The translations under genes were made by a program, and so were the position numbers. A stretch of 63,989 nt of DNA, filler included, from Kipferlia bialata (lineage: Eukaryota): the NCBI GenBank assembly GCA_003568945.1. It is 5 parts of 5 records of this genome, joined end to end, with 100 filler letters (N's around TTAATTAATTAA, not from the genome) between each part and the next. Parts side by side here need not be neighbours in the genome. Positions count along the whole stretch, not along the records: positions 12,836 to 25,570 come from BDIP01001039.1; positions 25,671 to 38,395 come from BDIP01001043.1; 3 more parts are not named here. The stretch is one strand, 5' to 3'. This document shows, piece by piece, positions 13,450-25,712 of the stretch (position 1 is its first letter; each line of letters begins with the position of its first letter). The notes below the pieces were generated by a model. The model saw only the letters and a program-made list of their open reading frames with translations, searched no databases and was not told the DNA's origin.

Positions 13450-16400
13450 ATGGGCCATCACGCTGCCTTTCTGGGAGTGGTACTCCTATGTATGTCTCTG
13501 TGCAGAGCATATGCTGACCCCATTGGTGGTGGGTCTCCGTTTGTCTGTCCAGCCCCAGAGCACCCAGACTTCTATGGGGACCCCTCCCAGTATGTGTGCC
13601 CCCCTGGAGTAGAGGGGGGGTTCCCACTCGAGTGGCTCTCAGCAGTCAACAGTGCGTAGACTTACACTCTCTCAACGTATATTGCCCCCTCGTTTCTCCC
13701 TGTTCTCACTCCAGATGCGACTGTTCCAGTCTCCTTCCAGAACAACCCCAAGATGGCCATCCTCAGGAGTTTCTTCCCCACCAAGACTAATCGCCTATCA
13801 TACTACTTGGACTACACGGATAGCCAGAATCCCTCTCAGGAGCAGATACTGCACAAAGAGGGGGCATTCTTCTATTGGGTGAGTGATCTCTTGATTCCTT
13901 CATTCAATTCCAATGTGGTATACCTGTTTGATACGATAGATAGTTGAGTCAGTAGGGTGTATGTCATATATACCTATAGTATAGGTAGCCTATACTCACT
14001 GACTCCCTCACCCAGGCATCCTGGATCTCCCCTGTGCTCGTGTGTCTAGTCACCATTGGGTTCATCCTCAGACTGTGTCAGTACACTATGTCAAGTGATG
14101 TGGGGGAGATGCACTGGCCGCTATGCATTCGCTGTCCCTGTTGCGACCTGACTGGTAGGTATACATACCTATTTCCTGTACATAATCCATATATAGGATT
14201 CCATTTGCAGGGGCAAAGATTCGATTAGCTTCTTATCCTAGGTATGGCATTGACGTGACGGACCTCAGAGCTCTGGACCAAGAGCAGTCCCATAATCAGT
14301 GTGACACCTTCACAAACAAGGACCACACCTACGTCGGTGTGTACAACCGGCAAACATACGTGGGAGGCTTCGTCACGTGCTGTTTCGTGACCGTCTTTGT
14401 CTGTTCTCTCTTTAGCCTGGCCATCCTCGTCGTTTCTATTCCCCCTGTCAACCTTCCGAGTGACATCTCTGGAGAGCTATATCCTGACGGCCTGGTAGAG
14501 AGAACTGTACGGCATATGACACCCACACATACATATACTATACTCTAGTGCACTACACTTTGCTACCCCAGGTGTCGAGTGTACCCTATACCAGCCTCTT
14601 TGATGCTGAGATACTCAGAGACTGGTTGCTGCAGAGAGACAACATGTATGTCACAGAGGTACGTGGGAAAGAGAATATGTGTCATTACTTCACTAGACAT
14701 GCATGCCTCGGATATTTTCCCTCAATTCACTAAACCGTTGGTGTGTCTCCCTCATCTTTCCTTCTTCCAGATCATTGGCGGTGATTGGGGTACCACGTGT
14801 ATAGACGCTTCACTGTTAGAGGGCTTGTCCTTCTGGGATAAAGTACAGGTGAGTGGTACTTATCTTGGGACAACCTTTGTCATGCTACTCAGTTAGAATA
14901 GCCAGATCAACTGCATATATATCGACTTATCTGTATCAAGTAGCAGCTCACACAAAGCATTCACTATATATAAACAATATTCACCTCCAGATGGTTCCGT
15001 CAGCTGCTTCCGGAGCCATCCCACCGCAAGTCCAGCCTGACAGTCCAACAACCACAACGGTTCTTCAGGAGTCCGGTGCTATCCAGTTTGAGACAGAAAA
15101 CTGCTTCCTGATGGGTGGAACCGCACCCTGTTCTGAGACATTCTCCAATCCAGACATCTTTGACCCCATCAGTAACCCAGTGGTTCAGTACGGGTGCTTC
15201 ATCGATGAACAGGGCATGTACCACCATCTGACCCTCGTCACAATGCTGCTAGTAAGCCAAGTCCCCCAGGTACGATATCCATTATGCCATTGACGCACTA
15301 TTTATGGTAACATGTATTCTTTATACACTCGTCAGGATGGGCTGGAATTTCGTATAATTTTCACAGTCTTCTATTTGCTGATGCTTGGCTGAGAACACGA
15401 GGTCCTAGTATTATACTATAACTCATCTTGGCAGCTTTACCTGTCTGTTTTACCACTACTCTTCGATATATGCGCCAATTGTCGCTATGTCTCCTCACTG
15501 TGATATATACATATATATGACTGATATATATACATTGTTCTGCCACTCCTGCCTTGCCTCAGCCTCTGACCCTCACTCCACAGGGAATGGACCCAGTGTA
15601 CACAGTGAAGTACACACCAACCAGAGAATTCCCACAGTTCGGCACAAACGTTGCAGGTAGGTGATACATATACAGTGTATGCACCCAACATTCAATATCG
15701 ATATGGTTGTTGCCCCACGTGTCTCACACCCTATTGTGGCATTACTGGGAATCCCTCACACTCCCAGCAGTCAAGGAGTACGTACTTCCATCCATGTTCA
15801 ATGTGTATGCAATGGGCACACGGGACCAGATTCAGTGGGTAGATAGGTACAAGCTACATGTGGTATATGTATACATACATAGGATTAGATAACCCCAGGT
15901 CCATGGCCTCTGATGAGACATACCCCTACATAGTATGCTCCTGGATAGAAGTGCTCGGCTACCAGGACAAGGGAGACGAGTTTGTTGACTGGGAGTGGTA
16001 CGATAAGTGCTTCCTAGGCTTCGAAGCACATCCGGGCATGGTGCGTGCGTGGTACCTGCTTATGGGGGAGCCAGTCGATGACATGAACGATTTGATTCCC
16101 TTTGACGTCACTAGGTGAGTAAAAGACTACCGTATAGCTGTATATGTATATATATGAGAGACATTGACTTAGTCTCTTCAGACTTTGTAATTTACAGACT
16201 ACTTGTTTGGCTCATGCTGTAACCATAGATAGCCTTAGTTAGTTATAGCTCCATTGGTAGTTCTAGACTTAGTAGGGAGCTGCAACCCTAAATTTACTCA
16301 TATGTTTCAGTATTTCTGTATATATTGGCTTCATACGTACTCAATCCGTGTGCAAGGTTGGTCATAACCTGTAGTGGTTGGAACGGATTCATACTTATTG

Positions 16401-17845
16401 TCATACAATACTGTCAATATGTCTGTTATTTAGAGTCTGGTTTGCGTAGTATCATCACTACGTTGTCACATTATCTCGCGCTACTACGATTGACGCCAGG
16501 GTTGCAAGTGTCGGTGTGGGACCACTGCCACATATCAGTGCATTTGACAACCCAGGAAAGCAGTGCAGGCTCGTGTGTACTCGTGTCGGGACTAAGTGCT
16601 TCTACGAGGGTCAGGTAAGTGGTAGTAGATCGTAGCAAGTACCGAGACAGTGTGTGAGAGTGCAGAACACATCTGACCGACTATTAATAGTACTGTTACC
16701 TCCAGATGTGTGCTGCCCTTGCTACTGGTGTCCCAAACGTTGGTGACTACTACCATGATGAGCCCTGGGTCCCCTATTCGAGTCATGTATGGCAAAGTAC
16801 CTTGTGTATTCGTCAAAGTCTGACTAGGTGCATGGGTATGAGGATTCCAACATCTCACACTAGGTGTCTCAGCCCACTGGGGTGCTGTGTCCTGACGTCC
16901 AGCCCTTTAGAGTCCGCTCTCAGATAGGTTTGTAAGCATGCAGGGGTATAATGCTATGATCGCTGCCCTGTGATATTCTAAATCCTCCGGACACATAATG
17001 GTGTTAAGACTCAATTTCAAGGGCTGACTGCTATAGATCTATACTCCAGTGCTGGCACACTTTCTGAATCTAGGTTACTCCATGGGATGGGATCTCACTA
17101 ACGTGTCGGCAAATGAGGACGCTGACCATGCCATTACCCACTACGCCACGGTTTATGACACCATCTCCAGTCAAGGGTTCAGTGTGTGTCCAGAGGGGAC
17201 CCAGGTAGAAGACAGTCTCTCCACATACACTTATTCTCTTCTACTTACTATTACTATTAGTTCTTTATGTATTTCAACGTACTCAAATGTGCCTCCCAGA
17301 CCCTATCTTCTTCTGACTTCTTCTTGTATTTGTTCTTCTTTGTTCTTCTTCTGACTCAGGCCACCAGACAGGACCCCCTCTCAGTCAGTGTTGTGAGAGA
17401 GTTTGCTGCCGAGGTCGTTATGATTGACTTCTCCGTCCCATCTATCCTAGACATTGCCGAGGTGTACCTCTTGCTCCTGGTATCTCTGCTGATGTGTCAC
17501 TGGATGGTCATGTGGGTGGTGAGCGTGGTCCACTTCCAGGTACGATTTGTTTTTACCGAGGCTCTCTATACGAATCTCAGAACCATACAGGTCACTAAGC
17601 TAATGAATCAGAAGAAGCATTCCCGAGTCCCTGCTGTAGATACAGTGACAGCCCCTGAGGGGTCTGAGTCGGGTGACGATTCAGACACTCATGCAGAGGA
17701 ATCCAGTGTCGATGCATCATTCTCTCTTGTCTCTTCAGACTGTGGCTCTATGGACAGGCAGGAAGTGTGTGTGGTGGATGTGCACACGGAGGAGGCTGAG
17801 GTTGAGTCTTCGGATGCTGACGAGAGGCAGCCTCTGCTGGGATGA
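13450..17845 (+). CDS. Hypothetical membrane protein with signal peptide and several TM segments, multi-exon
   Basis: N-terminus MGHHAAFLGVVLLCMSLCRAYADP is signal-like; hydrophobic segments near 14020-14070, 14370-14440 and 17460-17530; acidic C-terminal tail ending QPLLG*. Confidence 0.7.
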
Positions 17846-18123
17846 GGCAGGGATATATATGTGGTAGACTGGCACTGTCAAGCAGTACACTTTCTTCTCC
17901 AGTTCTTTGACAATAGAATCGTTAATCACTGTTTGACCCAAAGGTTCTTCACTCAGTACTTCGCGATTCCGCTCTTTCACTGCTGGTTATGGCCAATACA
18001 TACCACAGCAGTTGTGATGCAATACCATGCTGAGTCTGATAGGTACAATGCCTCCTCTCAGAGGATGACACCTAGCAAGCTAGGATACCCACAAAGGTTG
18101 TTGAAAGAATGTATCAATTTGTC

Positions 18124-21075
18124 TTACTCAGACAGTCTATTGCCGTTCTCCTGCTGTATCATATTCGACTGGTGAATGGTGACAACCACAGAGCCATCTG
18201 GCTTAGTACCTGTTACACCATCGGTCTCCTTCGTCACCTCCAGCCTAGATCCTCTGCACTTTCTGATACCTCTTACAATGAAGATAACCAAGAGAGTCAG
18301 CAGAGCCACGGACAGGGGGTAGTAGATAGTAGCCTCTGGGGTCAGTGGTAGTGGGAGCAGAGGTACAAAACTATTTAGAAGGGTATGTACAACTGCACAC
18401 TATCTACCCACCAATGTAACCAAAGTTCTTAGATGCCTGATAGCCTGGGTCGGCCACTCTATGCAGGAGTAAGGAGGTCCCCTGAGATCAGTATGCAATT
18501 GACAAGTTCAAACATCACCCAGCGTCACTCGAGTTGTACCTTGTGATGAAGCAGGCGCCCGTCAAGGTCGTTGATACCGTCTGCCCCAGGGCCACTGGCT
18601 GCTAGCATAACGGGTCTAAGAGTGAGGGTTTGGAGACGTAGAGTGTGGTGGTATATACAACAAACTACGCACGAACGGTGGGAAACCTCACCTGTAGGTG
18701 TGATGGGTGCTTCCCCAGGAGTATGCATCGTCAAGTAGCGCTATCCTGAAGGTCAATCCTCTATGGATCATAACACTGGGTATCTATGGTATCACTCGTG
18801 GGAAATGAGACAACAACTGGGAGCCTCCAGGTCTCATCACACTGTTTACTTACCTCTCTGTTCTTTGGAGTGTGACAGCGTCGTAATCTGTTCCGGCAAG
18901 TGTCTCGAGGGATGTCAGACTGGCGTCTGGGTTAGTGACAGTAGACATGTATCCATATGGTTTGGGTACTCTACTAGGTGTCTCGTATAGACCGACCACT
19001 ATGGTACCTGCCAGTGTATCCCTGGCCAGATCAGTATCGAATTCAAGGGCACCTGGTGTCAATCAACAACACATTGAGACAGTGTGCCTCACACTCAATG
19101 AGTAGATATAAGACGTACCGCACTCGTGGTCTGCTGTCACCACCAGCAGTGTCTCAGACAGATCAATCAGAGATAGCACTTCACGCACAGCCTCATGGAG
19201 CTCAATGACCTACGGGTGAGATAGAGACGCACCATATACTATGTATTCATATGTTTCTGTAAGAGTATGGTTTTACACACCTCTGTGATAGCAATATCTG
19301 CATCGTTTGAGTGGGACCCCTTGTCGGGGAAGGAGGCCTCAACCACTAGCACATAGGGTCTGGCCTGTTCTGGAGTTACTATTATAGTAACTTACAATAT
19401 CAAAGATAATAAATTCAGTGGGGTAGAGTACGTGTTGGTTGGCACAGTACCTGCACTAGCTGCCTCAAGGACACCCACCGCTGCCACCACCATCTCTGTG
19501 AGTGTGGGCTCGGTCTCATCAGAGTCAGGGTCACGGTGAACAACCTTCTTCATGTCATCTGGATAGTGAGTAAGCATGAGGTCATGTGAGACATACAGAA
19601 CACTCGATGCTGCTCACTAACCTTCTGCGAATAGACCCACCACTGGAAGGTCTGATGTCAAGTCTCTGAGATGGGACCTGCAGAGTGAGAAGGGTGACTA
19701 CTATTGGAGGCGTCCCCTCTGAATGTACCAGACTGACACCATATACAGTGTGATATACCTATCCGTAGCATACTGGGCCGCACTGTCCAGCAGACTGCTC
19801 AGGTGTGTGCCACCCCCACCCATCAGAAGGTCGGGCTGGTCGGCAATGATGCAGGCAGCTGGAGGGTCAGGATGAAGTGGGAGTTTACATGTATGTATAT
19901 CGCGGGATCTTGTGTGTCACACCATCTCACCTATCTCCTCCGAGTGTCCCCTGGATGTAGAGTGGGCCATGAAACCAGCTGAGGTCAGTATGCATGGTGT
20001 TGGGGGAATAGTTTTACCAATTAGTGTGTAGGTAGATGGTACTACACCATCCACTCGTAATGTACCTGGTGTAGCGTGGTACAGGGTGGTCTTGGCAATA
20101 ACTCCAGTCAGGTAGTCCCTGGAATTGTAAGGAAGGAGGGTGGGAGTGTAGCCAATGGTATGTGTGTCAGTATACAAGCACATCACAGTACCTCCCCTCC
20201 TCGGTGTCTGTGAGGTACTCCAACAGTGTCTCATAGTGCTTGTGGAACAGTCGAGAGACGTTTAACCTGGGGTGAGAGTCTTACAGGTAGGAGACAGATT
20301 TCATGTGATATAGAGAGTGTGCGATATGAAGCCGCATATGGTGATAATGACACTGGGTACCTTCCCCTCGCCACCTTCTGGCCACTAGATATACACGTGG
20401 CAGCAGCGGCGCTATCAGTGAACAGGAGGGATAGGGCATTGGTGCCTATGGTGAGAGGCAGAGAAAGTGGGAGATGGTGTGTCATTATTATTGGTTTTAC
20501 TACAATATAGAGAGACACAATTAGTAGCCACCTATGGTTGTACTGTACTCCAGGTCCTCGAAGGACAGGACACCCTCTGTGTCGCCCATCTCTACCAGTC
20601 TAGGGGGTCAGAGTTGAGTAGGGTATAGAGCGACTAACAGTCACTGACTATATATATGAGAAAAGGCCTAAAACACAGTTAAGAGAGGGGGGACTATTGT
20701 CACAGACCAGTGGCGAGAAACTGCATGGTAAACAGACGTTGGATGAACTCATATTGTATATGAATCACAATTACTCTGCAGTTACATCTGCAGGGAAGTT
20801 TCAAACCAAACCTGCAGCAGTGATGACACCATATTGGGGAGGGGGTGGACTATGCGTACAGTATATGTGTTGTATTGTGTTACATAGTGGTAATCAGCAT
20901 CCAGTACTGTCGTTATATAGACCAATGAATCCATAATAATAGTGACATAGAGGTACCTACTCATTTCGATGTGGTTGTATCCCATCCCATCCCCTATGAA
21001 CAGTATCAGGTTGTCTTGGGCAGAGACATAGACCACCACACACAGTGTGCATAGGAGCACAAGTGGTTTTAGCAT
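18124..21075 (-). CDS. Alkaline phosphatase (PhoA family) with signal peptide and C-terminal TM anchor
   Basis: Signal peptide then NLILFIGDGMG; catalytic TDSAAAAT; HATPA; PTLTEM; VEASFPDKGSHSND; VTADHECG; WGSTHHT..PVMLAASGPGA; hydrophobic LLTLLVIFIVRG near the C-terminus. Confidence 0.93.
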
Positions 21076-21376
21076 TGGCAGAGAGAGGGGACAAAGAGAG
21101 AGAGGTTGGAAGGCATGAAGATACCCGACGACTAAAACGCTCAGACGCTGATGAAGATGGCTTTTGGACCTTCATTGAAGATGAGTATTAATGAATTACA
21201 TATTATTATGTTATGGTCTGGTGAACAATTCATATTTTGTTCTCTTAGAGAGCTTCTCTGATTCAATTTACAGTCATTCATCATTGACAACAGTTTGTTG
21301 TGTTGTCTCTCCCTGTGAGCGGCAGCATACAACAGAATGGTTCTTTCCCGGGTCGCAGTCTGTACTTTGCAGACCT

Positions 21377-24300
21377 TCACACACCCACCCCTGCCGCTAT
21401 CTTCCTCATCAGGTGAGCGGCAGTCTCTCTAAGATAACCAAGGCGAGGCGCCACTTCCTGAGGGTGAGACTCAAAGGGTGTCATCATGACATCGTGTCAT
21501 GGTATAGTGGATACACTGCGTATATGTTGTGTGCATAGAAGTGGCGTTGGTACCTTGGCCGTCTGCACTGTATTGTGTGTACACTGTGTATACGTAATAT
21601 GTAATATATTGTGTAGAGTCTACACCATATACAGGACAGTGCCCCTAATACCTTGGCCGTCTGCACTGTTACAGTGTCCAGGAGGGCAGGCCGACTCTTG
21701 AGTACAACCACTCCAACTAGGGTAATGCAGGCGGAGCAGCCAAGAACTTCCTTCCAGTGGCCATTCTGAAGTTGGTATGATACGCACATCTAGATTGTTG
21801 AAACAACATGAGACTGTTAAACAGTATGTTGCAAAGTTGCAAATATATATATCATACTGACCTCAACTTGGTCAGCCAGCTTGTCCCAGCCAAAGTAGCA
21901 TACAGACAGGATAATCACCGCCCCAAGGAACACTTTGGTGTTGACAGTACTACGCTGGCTACGGATGTCGTCGTCAAGAGCGATTACCTAGTGTAAGTTC
22001 ACCTATATTTCCATGCTTTCTCTCTGGATCAGCAAAAGGATGTTCTCAGTCTGCATAACGGCACTCACCTCTGCTACCGCTACATCAACTCTCTCCACCA
22101 ATGCCTTGAATGAATGGGCAGCGTCCTGGGCACGGCGACTGAGGGCCTGATGTCAGGTATGACACACACACACACATATATATATATAATTATTCCATAT
22201 GATGATCAATATGTTATTAGTAAGAACTCATTACCTGCCACAGAGAGCACTAATTCACTTCTTCACACATATATACACTGAATATATACTGTATATATGT
22301 CCAAACCTGGATCAACATTCCGTGGATCTCATCGAGAGCGTTGAGCTCTCTCAGTACCTGGGGTGGGAGTAGACACACGTGTATTTGGTTCTCGAGATTG
22401 ACATCTGGGCCCCAGATACTGGGGTGTCTATATTCTGAAGAAATATAGTATGTATATACACACCTCTGCATTATGGGGGTCACTGGCCTCAATGTACTCA
22501 GGTAGCACCATGGGGTGGATCTGGGGTGAGGTACAGATTCTGAGTGTATTGATACATTCACAGGAGAGTATGGAGATGAGTAATTTTGATTGTAACAGAG
22601 ACCCTGACATATGATTGGTACCTTGAACCCCTTCTGGGTGAGTGCATTGTATATCAGGGGACTGTGTAGATGAATATGACTGAGTATGAATGCAAGAGGG
22701 ATCTGGTCAAATCAGACTGATTTAATCAGTAGTACGGTACTACCAAAGTACCTTGAATCCCTTCTGGGGCACCACAAATGCGAGGTTCTGTGTGATCTGC
22801 ACCATCAGGTTGAGCTTGTCAAAGCCATCGGTCAGGAGATCAACCTGTAGTTGAGAGCATACATACTCAGAGTATAGTGTGTATTGTGTCAAGGCTATTG
22901 GCCCTATTACAGCATACACATATGATACTCTATATACATGTTGCTGACCTTACTCAGCACAAACACCATCCTCTCGTAGATCTGGGGATCACTAGCCAGA
23001 GTCCTGATAACATCCAGGGTTCTCTGGCACAAAGACTGGCCTGATATAAGTAGAAAGTTTAGTGGAAGAAGGTGACTCAGAAATCGAGAGAGAGCTTAAG
23101 ACTAGGGGTAGGGAGAGAGAGAGACACTGACCATGGGGGTCGAGGAACACTAGAATCAGGTCTGATGTCTTTGCCAGATCGTTGATGACTGCATTGATGT
23201 CAAAGCCGTAGGAGACCTGAGGGTGTGATACACTTTGGATACACTTAGGAAGCAGGAGACATATATGAGAACACATATTAGGAGACACTAGGCTTAGTAC
23301 ACACACTCTGACTACGCCACACGTGCTCTACCTGTGCCTGCATTCACATACACACTGACGAGTGTGTAATACACACTGTGTATATATATGTAATAACTCT
23401 GGGTCCACTGTGCCTGGTGTGTCGTAGAACAGTCACTACATACACATATAATATCTACACATATGCAACCTAATATATATATACATATATATATATATGT
23501 ATAGATAGTACCTGTGTGTCCACCGTGCCAGGGGTGTCGATAAATAGGATAGGGGAGTGCTTGTCCGACTCATAGACCCTGTCGTGAGTGAGACGAGAGA
23601 GTCCAAAAGAGGACACCATATTTGACTCTATCATCAATAAGGTTGTCATGAACACATACATATCGTGTAGCATACCTTGTGCTGAAGTGGTTTGGCAGGG
23701 TAGGGTACCGCTGGAACAGACTGTCTAGCTCGGGGAAGAGACCAACACTACAAGTGAGTCACACTGTATACTTCATCACGAATGGAGTGTCTGTGCATAG
23801 ATAAGGACTCAATTGATGTGGAGTGACCCACCTGCTTCTGCTGTCTAACATACTGTCTGACCCACCCCCTGTGACATAGGTGATCTTATCAGTGGTCATG
23901 GCTATGCCAGTGGGCCTGAGGGGAGAAAGAGAGAGAGACTGATAGAGGGAGAGAGAGAGGTCACGGCTACACCAGTGGGCCTGAGTGGAGGGAGAGAGAC
24001 TGATAGAGGTCTTGCCAGATGTCATTGCCATGCCAGTAAATCAAAGAGTCAAGGTAGGAGAGAGATTGGCATGTCACTATCTATGATAGATAGTATCTAT
24101 CTCTATACGCCTACGTACAGCAGCCCAGGCCTCTCCACGGTGTGTGTCACAAAGCTGCTCTTACCGGCACCGTGGTTACCAAAGAGCAGGACTCTGACTA
24201 TGCGTCAGAGGAGGGGGAGAGAAGGGGGGAGAGAGTGGTAGTATGATAATACTGTATTACCCGACTTGGGACCAGCGACGAGTGAGAGAGCAAGGGAGAG

Positions 24301-24638
24301 ATACCTTGGGCAGGTGGCTTTGTGAAGTGTGTCTCCCCCATTGGGAGGTGGTGCAGAGCATCCTCGAAGTATATCTCATAGAGACTGGTCACTCTCTCGG
24401 GGACACTGCTGTTAGGGGGGGGGGGATGGACGCATACGTTACAAAGTGTACATGGGGGGTAGAAGTGTCGCTGTCAGAATTGGTAGAAGTAGCTGTATCC
24501 AGCGCTACTTTATCTGCAGAGGGTATTGGTGTGTATATAGGTAGGGTGGACTCACACGAATACATCACTGTCGGGGTCTGGGTATGTGAGGCAGGAGGCA
24601 AGTGTCACCAGGACTAGGACCAACAGGGAACGCAGCAT
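21377..24638 (-). CDS. Dynamin-superfamily (Dynamin_N, EHD/sarcalumenin-like) GTPase with two C-terminal TM segments
   Basis: G1 VLLFGNHGAGKSSF, G2 PTGIAMTTDK, G3 FIDTPG, DLILVFLDP, G4 FVLSKVD; hydrophobic VFLGAVIILSVCYFGW and VLGCSACITLVGVVVL; putative start MLRSLLVLVLVTLASC (5' exons uncertain). Confidence 0.8.
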
Positions 24639-24799
24639 CCTACCGTGAGAAAGACAGACTATATACACATAGCGTGTAGACCTACATACTGCAGCATACG
24701 ACCCATAGAGTCTGAATGGACAACAACGCTTCTGTTTTCACGAATGCTAGTCTAATACACACTCTTACATAGCTGATATGGCCAAACCTCGTATCTTGT

Positions 24800-25376
24800 A
24801 GTGTGGAAGGGATGTGAAGAGGATGTCAGTATCCACCCGATCATCCGTTGACTATGACATGGTCAACGTGACATGCAGCTGTAGATAGACAGCATTGTGA
24901 TTCATACCATAAACCCTTTCTTCTTGAGACTCAAAGTAGTGTCTTCCACCTTGATTCTACACGATGTCAGAGACACCTGGGACAATGTCAACCTTTACTC
25001 CCCGTGGGGTCAAGTGCACCAGGAGGAGTGCGCTCTGCAATACGATGAGATCTAGAATATCACCACGTATTATGCTTCGTATTCAGCGACAGAAGCAATA
25101 CAAATCCAACAGAACAAACAGAGAGAGCAGAGAAGGGATACAAACGGTACTCTCTTGATGCTCATGAAGTCTGTCACGGTCAAGTCACCGACGATACTAC
25201 GCATGCGCACCAGGTCATTGGAATTGTAATACACGCTTTCACTCTCTTCACATCGTTGCATATCACACACGTCACACTGTAGCATACCCAACTGACTGGT
25301 ACTTGAACCCTCTTCTCACAGTGGCTGCCTGGGCCTGTCTCCTCTCCACCCTGCTGAAGTACACACGCGGGACTGG
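24800..25376 (-). CDS. Partial hypothetical gene, exon structure unresolved
   Basis: Exon-like segments VPRVYFSRVERRQAQ.. and ESESVYYNSNDLVRMRSIVGDLTVTDFMSIKR; phases could not be fully reconciled. Confidence 0.35.
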
Positions 25377-25570
25377 GGTGGGGGGATAATCCGTATGTAG
25401 ATTACATTGTCAATAAATACATAAGCTATCACATGACATTACTATAGAGCATCTTGATACCTATGTAGGCTATGACTGTGACCAGCACAGAGAATAGAAT
25501 ATGTGGTCATTGGGCACTAGGCTTTCAAAAATATAGAATAATGCCGTATTCTATATAGAATAACGATTAT

Positions 25571-25670
25571 NNNNNNNNNNNNNNNNNNNNNNNNNNNNNN
25601 NNNNNNNNNNNNNNTTAATTAATTAANNNNNNNNNNNNNNNNNNNNNNNNNNNNNNNNNNNNNNNNNNNN
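25571..25670. other. Artificial contig-joining spacer
   Basis: N44-TTAATTAATTAA-N44. Confidence 0.98.
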
Positions 25671-25712
25671 CCCCTCCGGCCCCCCCCCCCCCCCCGTACC
25701 CCCCACCCCCAG

